DNA of 63,662 bases, filler included, from Olpidium bornovanus S191 (lineage: Eukaryota > Fungi > Olpidiomycota), in NCBI GenBank assembly GCA_017911155.1. It is 32 parts of 32 records of this genome, joined end to end, with 100 filler letters (N's around TTAATTAATTAA, not from the genome) between each part and the next. Parts side by side here need not be neighbours in the genome. Positions count along the whole stretch, not along the records: positions 1 to 3,315 come from JAEFCI010010488.1; positions 3,416 to 6,117 come from JAEFCI010006113.1; positions 6,218 to 9,228 come from JAEFCI010001732.1; positions 9,329 to 10,741 come from JAEFCI010008886.1; 28 more parts are not named here. One strand, written 5' to 3'. A program made the translations under genes and the position numbers. Below the pieces are notes generated by a model. It made no database searches and was not told where the DNA came from. It worked only from the letters and a program-made list of their open reading frames with translations. Every line of letters begins with the position of its first letter. Position 1 is the first letter of the stretch. Shown here piece after piece: positions 1-10,841 of the stretch.

Positions 1-2415
1 CATGTACCTGTTTGGCGGGCGCAAAAGTCGGAACGAGACCGTAAACGACGTCTGGAGATATGACTTTTGTAGGTAAACGCATCGTTCTCTGTGTTGGCCG
101 CCTACACGACTGCGTGGTAGGACGAGAACTCAAGGCTCGGCAAAATCTACGCAGCGACGAAAACCTGGGCGAGAGATTCGCGACCTGATGATCCGAACGC
201 GCCGGACGGCCGGTTACTGCGGTCCGCTTGTTTGTACATACCGGACCTAGAAACCCCGGCGACCTCGGAGAACAACAAGTTGGAGACACAGATAGCTTTG
301 CCGCGGAATGGATTCTACGTGTTCGGAGGAGTGTCTGACGATGATTCCTTCATCTCCGACGAGCTTTTCTGTTACGATCTCGGTGAGCAGCACGACTTTT
401 TACGCGAGGTCGCGTTTTTTAAGTTCACGCGGAGCGGACTAATGCGGTCGTGCGCGGGCCGCGTTGTGGATGCGCCAGAACAGAGGTCGTGGTACAAGCG
501 ATCGTTCACCATCGCGCCGGTCGCGACTTACGGCGCGGCGGCAGTCTACCACGCGAGCACGCAGACCATCTTCTACTTCGGCGGGTTCCGAAGCAGTGAC
601 CAGTTCTCAGATCGCATTCTGCAATACAACCTCGCCACCAATCTTTGGTATGCAGGTCCCTGGCCGCTACAACCATACGGGCGGCGGGTATCGCAGACGG
701 CGTTCCTGGTCAAGGAGGACAAGGTGGTCACATTTGGCGGTGAGTCGCCGTATATCAATGGACTGGATGAGTCGGGCAACCAGTGCGTGTGGGGAACCGT
801 TACGGCGTTTGACGTTGGTAAGGAAAGGCATTCCGAGGGCCATCGAACCGAAGTGCCATTTGTTTCTGAGTTCCCAGGAACACCTTGACAAACCTCCACC
901 TGACAAACGACGACGGCGGCCTCGCATTCAAGCGTGTGGTCGTTTCACGGACGTTAGCCGTTTCCCATATACGGAGGTCAACGCCAGCAACCTGAGCCTG
1001 GTGACTTTTGCCGAACTGAACCGGAGATTGGAGCACGCCGCCGTCTTGAGGAAGGACGTCGTAGTCGTCACAGGAGGCACAAACGGGATTGACCTAGCAG
1101 ATATGATCGAATTGCCGGTGGACAAGCTGACCGCCGGGAATTCTATGGTGGTCTCGAATTCTCGGCAGATCGCCACGCAAGCCGGCCTGTGCCGAGGTGC
1201 GAGTATGCCTGGAAGAACGGCATTTGAGTTCAATGCAGTTACCTTACGCGTGTCTTTTCCATAAACACAGAAAATCGATGGTGCTCTTATTACAATGACT
1301 GCACGGATTGTATTTATATGCCGGGATGTTCGTGGTGCCGGGGAGGGTGTCGATGGGCAACACGGGAAGGTTGTTCTGGGGCGGTTGACTACGTTCCGAA
1401 CGCTCAGAGTCCGCAATCCGGTGCATCGTGTCCTGAGAGTACGTATGCGTACGCGTCTCCCGCGCAAGCCGGCCTAAATTCATGCACAATTTGTTCAAAC
1501 TGCCTTATCCCAGGAATTCGGTTGCTGGCGGAGTCGGTGGCCGCCAGGACTACGGTTCCCAAGTACCAATCGCGGTTTTTCCGCGCCTTCATTGACCAGC
1601 CAGACAGAACCGTGCATTTCCAGCTTGTGGGCGACATCCCCGGCCGCAGCGGGTTTGAGCTCTCGCTGCCGCACATCCCGCCGGTCGACCGGGAGGATGG
1701 AGATTCGAACACCATCTTGTCCTCCATGCGGAGTCAGACAGACCGCTCGCTGACTTTTATCGCGGGAGACCCGCGGCGGTTCAACGGCTTCTACACGTTG
1801 CAGGTTCGCGATATCGGGGGCTCGGATCGGCCGGTCTCGGTGAAGTACATCCTCGCCGACGGGACGAGCGCCGGCCGCCCTGTGCTCCCAGGTTTTTCGC
1901 CATCGCGCGGGGTGTTCGACATATGGGCCTTCGTCGCGTTCTTTTTCTTGTTCATCTGCGTGTTCATGTTCACGGCGCTTGTTGCCAAGAGGGCTCGCGA
2001 AAGACTCCAGGACGGGCGGCACGGATCCCGCGACGAGGCGGAGAGCAATCCGACATCCTGGCCTCCCAACGACGAATGGGCCCCGGACGAAAGACTCAAG
2101 TACATACCGCCGATGTTTGAAGTCACCCTCCCTTACGACATCGCGTACCCGTCTTCGAAAACGGCCATAAACGTGGCCGTCTCGAAACGGGATGGTGATG
2201 AACATCGACATCAACGGCAGCCCTCCGGGGTAACGCAACCCGCCGAACTGCCGGACGCCTGTGAAACGCGGATGACTTTGGAAACGCGTGACGTGGCTGC
2301 TTCCAACAACGAACTCGAGATGACAGAAATCTGGCGGCCACGGTCCGCCCTCGGGGAGCGAACGCCGTGCCGGTCTGCGGAAACGACGCCCTTTCAAATT
2401 GAGGTACTCTCGTAA
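1..2415 (+). CDS. Multi-exon, 5'-partial type I membrane protein with Kelch repeats, a PSI domain and one TM helix (attractin-like architecture)
   Basis: Kelch blades: MYLFGGR..VNDVWRYD (2-70), FYVFGG..DELFCYD, IFYFGGF..RILQYNLATNLW, VVTFGG, HAAV..VVVTGGTNG. PSI pattern CSYYNDCTDCIYMPGCSWCRGGC..C..SCP (1282-1438). TM DIWAFVAFFFLFICVFMFTALV (~1918-1986) followed by KRARER. Stop at 2415. GT/AG introns between blocks; exact exon boundaries uncertain. Confidence 0.75.
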
Positions 2416-3315
2416 TCGAATACCTTTTATTCTTTCCTTTAGCGCGTCGTCCCGTCTCATCCGGCTGTCGGCCCCACTCCCCCGCAGCCTCTGGCTATAG
2501 ACCCTGTTGCCTTTCTTTCTGCGTCATGCGAGCCTGAGGTGGTCAGCTCTCCAGCCGACGCAGGGCAATTAGAGGACTTCCCGTCTCCCGCCACTCCGGC
2601 CAAAGGTCGCGATCCGTCCGGAGCCGAATCCGGCGGCTACGGCGCGGTTCAGGCAATGCTGGCGGTTCACGTCCTGATCGCGTTCCCGGCGCTCGAGAGC
2701 GAGTCTCCGGAAGACGAGTCCTCGCCGTCGCCACCGATCCCGCCCCTGGGCTTAGGCACGGCTCTGTTCCGGGGACCGCCAGAACTCCGGGGCGTCAGCA
2801 AGTCTCGTTACGGGTTCGCGGTCCCCGCCACCGCGACCGAGCCCCGGACGCGGACGCCGCCGGCGCCCGTCGAACCCGCGCGGCGGCCGACAACGACGGC
2901 ACGGGAGGAGAGGCCGGCGGCTGCCGAGTTACCGGCGGTTTTTTTGGCCCTGGCGGGGACAAGCATCTTCTGACGGGAAATCAGTCCTCGCCTAATCTTC
3001 CGGGCATCTTCTTCCTCTTCCACTCCACTTCCCCTTCCCTCCTTCCCTATCGCCACTCGTCTGCCCAACGCTCCCCGAGGTTTTCCAAACTCCCATTCAA
3101 GTGGGCCTGCATATAGCAGCGTTTCTCTTATTTTCGCAATTTTTTTTTTGTTTTCCTTTTTTTTAAACTTACACATTTTATCGCGGGGGTCGTCCATGGT
3201 CGTCCCCCCCCCCCTCTCGTCTTTTCCAGAAAGTTCGCCCTTCTTCCCCCGGCCTTTTCCAAAAAGTTCGCCCTTCTCCCCGTTACAAGCTTGCTGCGTG
3301 GGCATCAACCAGCCG

Positions 3316-3415
3316 NNNNNNNNNNNNNNNNNNNNNNNNNNNNNNNNNNNNNNNNNNNNTTAATTAATTAANNNNNNNNNNNNNNNNNNNNNNNNNNNNN
3401 NNNNNNNNNNNNNNN
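3316..3415. other. Artificial contig spacer (first of 31 identical copies)
   Basis: 44 N + TTAATTAATTAA (stops in all six frames) + 44 N, repeated identically at every gap in the window. Confidence 0.99.
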
Positions 3416-4768
3416 CATGCCTGAGCTCCAGCTCTCTCGCTTTGCGCTTGTCCGACTCCTTCTTCTGCGCGAGCACGTCCTGCGTCGTCTTCCGGAACCT
3501 TTCGTTCAGCTTGGCTCGCCGCTCCTGCTCGCGCAGAAACTCCTCATGGGAGAGGGTTTTCCCTCCTCTGGATAATCCGGAAGTCGAGCCCTCGCCCGCG
3601 GCGGCCGTAACGGGCTTCTTCGTGACGTTCAGACCTGCGCGTAACAGTTGACGCTTGTCCACCACCTCGCCGTCGGCGTTCACGAGAACCTTCTTCCTTG
3701 TCGGATCCGTCGGCGCGTCGGCGACCGGCAGTCCGGGTGTCGACGAGTCTGTAGGCCAGTCCTCGCCGGCTTCCGCGGCAGACTCCTTCTCCGGCGGCCT
3801 CTCCACTCGCGCGGTCTTCCCCAAGTTCGACACGCTGGCTTCCACCGCCGCCTGGCGCGTGGAGGAGGCCTGGTCAAGGAGCGTACGGTAAAACCCAAAG
3901 AACCCGTCCTTCTTCCCGCTCTGGGCCTCTTGCGCTAGAGGGAAAACGTACGGCGGTTGAGAATACAAAGTCACTAAAGCTGCTTCGCCCGGGAGCCGGC
4001 CGTCTACCCTGAACCAATCTTCCCTGCCCGTTGTACCTTCCCTCTGCTTCTCCTCGTCTTCCAGCCGCGCGAGCTCGTCCTTGTGCGCCTTGTAGCTTGA
4101 CGTCGTGAAGCTCTCCGTGCCAGCGTACTCATCACCTTCCGCCTCCCGTTCGCGCTGATGCCTTCGCTCCTCCGCTCTCGCAAGGTCCCGCTTTCTAATC
4201 TCCGCCGTCCGGAGCAGCCCTGCGATGTACTGTGACTGAAACCGGTTGACCAGATCAGGTTGGCGGCGTTACCGGACCCAAGCTCCTACAGTGGGTGGTG
4301 TTCTCCGGCGAGTCACCGGTCGCCTTAGATTGGTGCGTGTATATACGCGGACCTCTCCCTTACGCGAGCCCCTCTTACCTTCTTGCCCTCCGCTTCCGCT
4401 TTCCTCCCCGACCTTCCTTTCCTCTCTGCCTCCTTTAGCTGGTCGTACACACCGTCGTAGTCGAAAACGGACGGGTCGAGCTCTAGTGCCTCCTGGCAGG
4501 CCTGCCCGTCGAGCGGGCGTTTGGTGGTACCCGCGCCGCGGGCCAGTTCCCGGTTCACCGACCAGACGGCCGCGCGGCGATCCAACGCGGAGGTCAGCGG
4601 ACCCGCGGCGCGGGCGGCCGCGTCGGCATCGTGAAACTCGGCATCGTCATCTTTGCCGTCATGGGCGTCGGCGGCAAAGGCGGCAGCCGCGGCCATGGCC
4701 TTCTTAGGCGGCGGCTTTGTGAAGTTGAGGCCGTATGCCAGCTTCTTTCCAGCTCTCGGATTGTGCAT
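3416..4768 (-). CDS. NSRP1: Nuclear speckle splicing regulator NSRP1/CCDC55 (DUF2040) homolog, 3'-partial, with introns
   Basis: ATG at 4768 (MHNPRAGKKLAYGLNF). Motifs ALELDPSVFDYDGVYDQLK and SQYIAGLLRTAEIRKRDLARAEERRHQREREAEGDEYAGTESFTTSSYK; later exon GFFGFYRTLLDQ. Confidence 0.85.
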
Positions 4769-4849
4769 GGCTGGCTGGGGCTGAAGTTTTCTTTTTTTTT
4801 TTTTTTTAACGGTTTGTCGGTCGGTTGGTCGGTGGGGGTTCCCGCTTTT

Positions 4850-4890
<41 letters not shown>

Positions 4891-5015
4891 AAAAAAAATT
4901 ATCCGACTCTGCACTGGTATCTGGCCTACAAAAAACCCAAAAAAAAAAAAAAAAAAAAAAAAACGGGCGGCGAGAGAGCGCACCGGGCCGCGGCCAGCGA
5001 CGGACTGCGAAGACC

Positions 5016-6110
5016 ATGGGCGAAGCCGCCAGCCCGCGCCGCGCTGGGCTCTCAGAACAAAACTCGGTCGACGAGGCCAACGAGCCAGAGTTCAGATACC
5101 GCGTCGCAGGAACCGGGAACCGAAAGGCAGCCCGCAGAAGGAGGATGAAGAGCGCATCGGCCGTGCCCTCCGAGGTTGTGGCGAGTTTGGTTGAGTCGAT
5201 TTGGAACGCCAGGCAAGGTGAAAAAAAAAGTTTTCCGGGCAGAAAGAAGAATCTCTTCTGGCGGGTGGCGTCTTTAGGAATGACGCCTCGTAATCGAAAT
5301 CCGCGACGCCCAAAACACTTTTTGCGTTCGATTGCCATTAGAGCAGCTTTGTCGGCGTCGAACTTCTACGAGACGATACGAGGTGGGCATCGAGACTGAG
5401 GCCGTTTTTGGCCTCGGACGCCTTTGCCCCTGAGCTTGTGACATGATGGCCGAACTGGACGTCGATCGCGCATGTCCACGGGTTGACGGCCGCCCGTCAT
5501 ACCGGCGTTTTTTTGTTTTGGGGTGTTTGCTCCCCTTGATACAGCAACGTGCTTCGCCAGAATTCTGGGCACCGAGCGACCCGTGTCCCAAATAGTTTGT
5601 TATGGCGTCGGCTCGCCGCGCGCTTCGCAGACGGCCCGGTTCCAGGTCGCGCTGGCGCTCTTGATAAAGGATCTTTTCGCCGTGCGTTGAAAATATAATT
5701 TTGGTCCGCTACCCGAATATTTAACTTTCGCCAAAAACGCTGACTGACCGCAGTCGGCGCGAATACTGTTATTATTAGCCCTCAAATGGCACGCATGCCT
5801 TTGACCCCATCTTTGAGGACGTAGACAAGGAGGCGCTTACGGAGTTGGGCATTATCGTTATTTTGGAAAACGAGGTGCCTTTGATTCATCCACTGGAACA
5901 ATTTGATTTGCCAATAGCGGTCTGAAGGTCTGAAGCGCTTTTTTCCGGATCATTTCAGAATGCTAGGCGGACTGTTGACGGCCGGACGCTGTTCTACATG
6001 CCCCACTGCGAGCAAGAGTTGTACGACAACGTCCTCTCCGCCAATTGGGAGCCCGAAAAGCTGGTCGACGTTGTGATCCTCGGTAACCGGTTCGAGGTTT
6101 ATTCCGAAAG
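5016..6110 (+). CDS. SRR1: SRR1-domain protein (SRR1/Ber1 family), multi-exon, 3'-partial
   Basis: Exons encode IVCYGVGSPRASQTARFQVALALL, DPIFEDVDKEALTELG and RTLFYMPHCEQELYDNVLSANWEPEKLVDVVILGNRF. GT donor at 6111. Confidence 0.85.
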
Positions 6111-6217
6111 GTGAGTANNNNNNNNNNNNNNNNNNNNNNNNNNNNNNNNNNNNNNNNNNNNTTAATTAATTAANNNNNNNNNNNNNNNNNNNNNNNNNNN
6201 NNNNNNNNNNNNNNNNN

Positions 6218-6833
6218 GCAAGACGATCCCCGACACGTGGATATGCAAGACGATCCCCGACACGTGGATGTGCAAGAAGATCCCACGAACGTGTCAATCA
6301 AGCAGAGGTCGCCCTCGCCGGCATATTCTGCTGCGCGTTCATTCTCGGAAGACACTCCGCTCCGCCGGTCGACGCGTACACGTCGCGAGCGGACGATCCT
6401 CACCGTCGACGCCGAGGGCAGGTACGTGGAGTCCACGCCGTTGGGCATAGTTTCGCGCTCAAGCTCGTCGGCGTCCATGGCGTCCGCGGGCGCGGCGTCT
6501 GCCAGCGGAAGACAACCACGCGCGGCCTCGGACGGGATGCCCATCTCGGCCGCCGTGGCGGCAATGCTGGAGTCTGCGTCCGCGTCCACGTCGTCGCCCA
6601 AGCAACGGAGTTCGAGGAGGGCAACGTCTCTGACGAACTCGGCGGCGTCGTCGCCGAGGAGCAGCGTTGAACCGCCGGAGGTCCAGAGCGACAATCCTGC
6701 ATCGAGCTCGCCGGCCGGCGGCAAGGCGGCGCGGACAAGAAAAAGCATGAAGAGGACCGGTAGAGGCCGGAAGATGATCATGAGGCGCATGGCGGTCCCC
6801 AAAGAAGAGCCTGTCATCGAGGAGGAATCTTGA
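6218..6833 (+). CDS. 3' fragment of an unknown Ser/Ala/Arg-rich low-complexity protein
   Basis: Open frame from the contig edge to TGA at 6833; begins in a 9-aa tandem repeat; no recognisable domain. Confidence 0.4.
6219..6293 (+). repeat. 27-bp tandem repeat (about 2.8 copies, truncated by the contig edge)
   Basis: caagacgatccccgacacgtggatatg / caagacgatccccgacacgtggatgtg / caagaagatcccacgaacgtg, encoding QDDPRHVDM-QDDPRHVDV-QEDPTNV. Confidence 0.9.
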
Positions 6834-7267
6834 GAGACAGAGTTGGAAACCGCCGCCCGTTGGTCTGAAATTTGGGATGCCCTTTACCTTTCCCTTCTAC
6901 CCCCCCTGTCGAGCACTTATGTGTTACAGACTAAAAAACAAAAAAAAAAAAAAAAAAAAAAAGATATTACCCGCGAGCCATCCAAAAGCAACAACGAAAA
7001 GCTCAACATTTTTGCCTGATTCAAAACGGGGAAGTTGGGAGTTCGGCTTGGTTAATTTGAAGGTTCGCCCGCAATATGGATTGCCTCTTCGAAATCTCGG
7101 CGAGATTGACACGCGGGACATGAGGGGAAAAATTTTGGGGGGGGTTGTCGGTTGGGGCCGGGGAGACGGGAAGGGGGGCCGGGGGGATTTGGGGGGGGGG
7201 GGGGGGGGGGGTGGGGGGGGGGGCGGGGGGCGGGGGCGGGGGGGCGGGGGGGGGGGGGGGGGCGGCG

Positions 7268-7307
<40 letters not shown>

Positions 7308-7573
7308 AGGTAAGGTGGGGAGCTGCTCTGTTCCGCCGGTTTACGCCACTTTATGTACGTCTCCTGGGTCGCGTACGTTCACTTGCACCTCAAGCGAATG
7401 GCACCGCCGTTCACCCCCTTGGGGTTCACCAGAATTTCTGGCGGCACCGGCTAGAAAGAAAACGTGAACCCCATCCTCGAGCGTCGGTGAGGGGAAAGGG
7501 GGGCATCGTACCCTACTAAAAAAGGGAGGTAACTGGCGGGCCAACACAAACGCTTCCCCCCCCCCCCCCCCCC

Positions 7574-7628
<55 letters not shown>

Positions 7629-7696
7629 ATCTTCCCCCCCCCCCCCCCCCCCCGCCGCCGGAAGCAGGCCCCGCCGCAAAATCCTTTTCGACGAAC

Positions 7697-8749
7697 CATC
7701 GTCTCCAGAACCGTCAGCACCCTCCGGTTACACTTCTTCCGGCCGTCGGCAACGACGCACACGACAACCTTCTGCCAGCCTTCCCGGCCCCAGGTCTTGG
7801 ATTTGCGCCGTGAGCATAGGTGGCTCACGTTCTTCATGACGCCGTGCATCGTCCGGGCGAAAAGGACGTCGTCCTCGTTGTACATGGTCATGACGATGAA
7901 GAGTTCCGTCTGGCGGCCGTAAAGGGCGGGACGGAGGGTGAACCCCGCGTCGACAAAGTCGTCGGGGTCCGTGGTGGCGGCCGTGTACCGCATGTGGGTG
8001 AACTCCTGGCCCTCGCGGATCGGCACGGCGTTCAGCAGCTTGGTCGGCACGGGGCACTCCACCACCAGGTTGCCCTGGACCAGTTCGACCCTGCGCATTG
8101 TCTGCGCCCGTTTCATGCGCCCCCGCAGGTTGTCGTGGTGGATCTCGGCTGGCTGCAGCGGAGGAGACGACCGGGACGAAGCCACGGCCGTGGACGGCTC
8201 CGAGGGGTCAAGGTATCCGAACATGGGTTGCGGGATGCGCTGCGCGGAGCGGGACGGCGGGGACAATGCCGGGGTTTCTTTTTCAGCGATTTGACTCGCT
8301 TCCCGGTCGCTATCAAATGTCCTCTTTCCCTCTCTCCCTCTTCCCCCCTCTTCCTCCTCCTCCGGCCGGGACTGCGCTCTCCTCGGAGCCGCGCGCGATT
8401 TTTTTTGGTTTTTTTTTTGTTTCTTGTTCCTTCGTCTCCCCTCGGGCCGCGACAGGCCGTACGCGGCGGCCGCCGGTAGAGGGGACGTCGACCTGTACGC
8501 ACCACCGTACGCGTCGGTCACGTCTTCGCTGCCCTGCGGATCCCAGCGGGGGCGGCGGTCCGGGTCGTCGGGCGCGGGGTAGCTGGGGATCGCGGGGAGG
8601 CGGGCGGCAGCGAGCACGGCCGAGGAGGCGCCGGCATCGTCGGCGTCGGCGGCCCCCGGCGGCGGCGCGGGGCGGGCCCCGGCGGCGGCGGAGGCGGCGA
8701 AGGAGAAGCGCGAGTCGTCGGCGAAGGGATCGGCGGCGGCGGCGTCCAT
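7697..8749 (-). CDS. CHS: Chitin synthase, division 1 (class I/II/III), N-terminal part
   Basis: [66 protein letters not shown]. Probable ATG at 8749, probable intron ~8241-8462, GT donor after 7697; sequence then degrades into poly-C. Confidence 0.93.
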
Positions 8750-8838
8750 GCCTGCCTCTGCGGGGCGGGGTTCGTCTGGGGCGGGAGGGGCGTCCGGCGG
8801 GGCGCTCCCGCTCTCTCTCACTCTTCTGCTCGCCCTTC

Positions 8839-9000
8839 AGAAGAAGAAGAAGAAGAAGAAGAAGAAGAAGACGAAAGAAGAAGAAGAAGAGCCTGAGAAG
8901 AAAGAAGCCGCGGGCGGTTCGCGGCCGACGCGGCAGCCGAGAGAGGAGCGAAAGAGAGCAGAGAGAGAGAGAGAGAGCGCGCGCGCGCGCGACAGAGAGA

Positions 9001-9042
<42 letters not shown>

Positions 9043-9112
9043 AGACAGAGGAGAGAAAGAGCAGACAGAGGAGAGAAAGAGCAGACAGAGAGAGAGAAAG
9101 AGCAGAGAAACA
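8839..9112. repeat. (GAA)n and (GA)n microsatellites upstream of the chitin synthase start
   Basis: agaagaagaag runs at 8839-8890; long gagaga runs at ~8955-9110. Confidence 0.9.
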
Positions 9113-9188
9113 AGGAAATTTTGCCGCGCGAGCGCGCGCGCGTTCGTTCGTGACGGGTTGATGGGGCGCTGCTGAGGGGAGGAGCGGG

Positions 9189-9221
<33 letters not shown>

Positions 9222-9726
9222 CGCCGCANNNNNNNNNNNNNNNNNNNNNNNNNNNNNNNNNNNNNNNNNNNNTTAATTAATTAANNNNNNNNNNNNNNNN
9301 NNNNNNNNNNNNNNNNNNNNNNNNNNNNGCGGATGGGGGGCGGGGGGGGGGGCGGCGGGCGGGGGGGCGGGCGGGCGGGGGGGGGGGGGGGAGGGGGGGG
9401 GGGGGGGGGGGGGGCGATGCGGGGGATGGACGGCGATGACGAAAAAAAGCGCTGTGTGGGGATGATGATGCAAAAGTGCTGCGGAGCCCTTCTTTTCCCC
9501 CGACCAAAACAAAACCAACGCACCAACAGCACCAAGGCTGTTCCCCGGCCGCCAGGTTCCGCACTTCGATCTTCGCTTCATTCCGCGCGCGACGCGGGGC
9601 CCCTGGGCGTGTCTTAAAACTGCATCGCCCGACTGGCCGCACCGACAACCAGCCGACAGCCCGTGATCTACCCGGGCAGGCCTGGAAACTGCCCACGGCG
9701 CAATGCCGGGACCGACTGACCTAAGC

Positions 9727-10301
9727 ATGTGGAAATGCATCAACCAACTCCGACCTGGAGGAATGGGGTTACCTCAGTACAAGCACGGGCGGGCCAGAGC
9801 AGACGAGGGGTGATCACCGAGGAGTAATAACCACGCCGCCCCGGGACCCACCACGCGGACGCCCCGCGATAAGTCCGGCGCGGTCCAGCTCCTGATCTTG
9901 GCTCCGCCGGGCCCGCCATTTCCCCGCTGCGAACACAAAGAAGGAGTTTGACGACCTGCGGGCGGCGCCAGTGCTGGCGCTGGCGCCCTTCCTCCGCCCG
10001 CAACACGTTTTCTTTGAGAATATCGATCGGTTCGCCTCTGCGGACGAGGCAGGCGGCCGCTCGTGGGCGGCCGGCGGCTTCGCCCAGCTCCTGATGAGGT
10101 CCCCTGTTGGAGTGCGGATACCACGTCTCCTCCGACGTTGTCAAACAGCGCCGCCCCAGCCCCCAGAACGCCCGACGGCCCTGGCACGTCACGAAAAACT
10201 GCCTCAACCAGACTGCGGACGAGATTAATGGAACCCCAATGACCCGGCAGCCGTCAACGGAACTTCCCGTGCCCGCTGGCAACGGGAAGTACACGGGGTG
10301 A
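9727..10301 (+). pseudogene. Degenerate, intronless DNA (cytosine-5)-methyltransferase (motifs I-VIII)
   Basis: Removing one extra C in each of two CCCC runs (~9922-9925, ~10101-10104) gives MWKCINQLRPGGMGL..*..NNH..VQLLILAPPGPPFPAANTKKEFDDLR..FLRPQHVFFENIDRFAS..LMRSLLECGYHV..PSPQNARRPWHV. This is colinear with motifs I, IV (PPC read as PPG), V (D-x-R), VI (ENV read as ENI), VII (GY) and VIII (PQxRxR). One in-frame stop at 9811. Confidence 0.65.
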
Positions 10302-10841
10302 GCTGAGCGCCGTTACGTAGGCTGCGGCTTGGATGGCAAGGGGTCACGTGACTTCCTTGCGTTTCCCCCCTTTTTTCGCCCACCGGTCTTATCCGCGCGA
10401 TGTGCCGCCGTCAAACCCTTCCCCTCCTGCAAGGAGCGAAGGTTCCCCGTGTACCGCCGCGCGATGGAACGCGCCACGCGGTGCGCTGCCGATGACTTCC
10501 TCAGCTTCCTCCTTTTTGCATCCAAAAACAGAAAAAAGACGGCCGCAGCCGGCGACGGGCGTAAATAACACACTCCCAGATAGTTATTTCCCTCACGGGA
10601 ACAATCACGGGTGCAATCACAAGTAGGCGGCGAACCGGCTGATCACGGGCAAGCCCCGTCTAAGCCCTGTCTCTATTTTGTCTTGCGTACCCGTCGTGCT
10701 GCAAATCACAATTGTACAGGAAATGTCGCGATCCCTCATGANNNNNNNNNNNNNNNNNNNNNNNNNNNNNNNNNNNNNNNNNNNNTTAATTAATTAANNN
10801 NNNNNNNNNNNNNNNNNNNNNNNNNNNNNNNNNNNNNNNNN

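Noticed and set aside
1-4. CATG ends caused by a chlorovirus-type CviAII nuclease
   Set aside because: C^ATG cutting plus fill-in would leave ends reading ATG/CAT, not the full CATG seen on both sides; a library cause is more parsimonious.
1495-2460. Long antisense or overlapping ORFs (also 8098-9153, 27548-28213, 56619-57323 and many others)
   Set aside because: Shadow ORFs expected in GC-rich coding DNA; no motifs, and they overlap well-supported genes.
3360-3371. TTAATTAATTAA palindrome recurring 31 times
   Set aside because: Always centred between two 44-N blocks; an artificial six-frame-stop linker.
7180-7310. Poly-G tracts as G-quadruplex elements or Gly/Pro-rich coding regions
   Set aside because: They lie in introns or at contig edges with degraded flanks, and their length is unreliable in short-read data.
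7330-7470. Continuation of chitin synthase beyond the poly-C tract
   Set aside because: No frame gives the expected downstream motifs (GVYQ, EYTTQ, QRRRW); probably intron or a misjoin.
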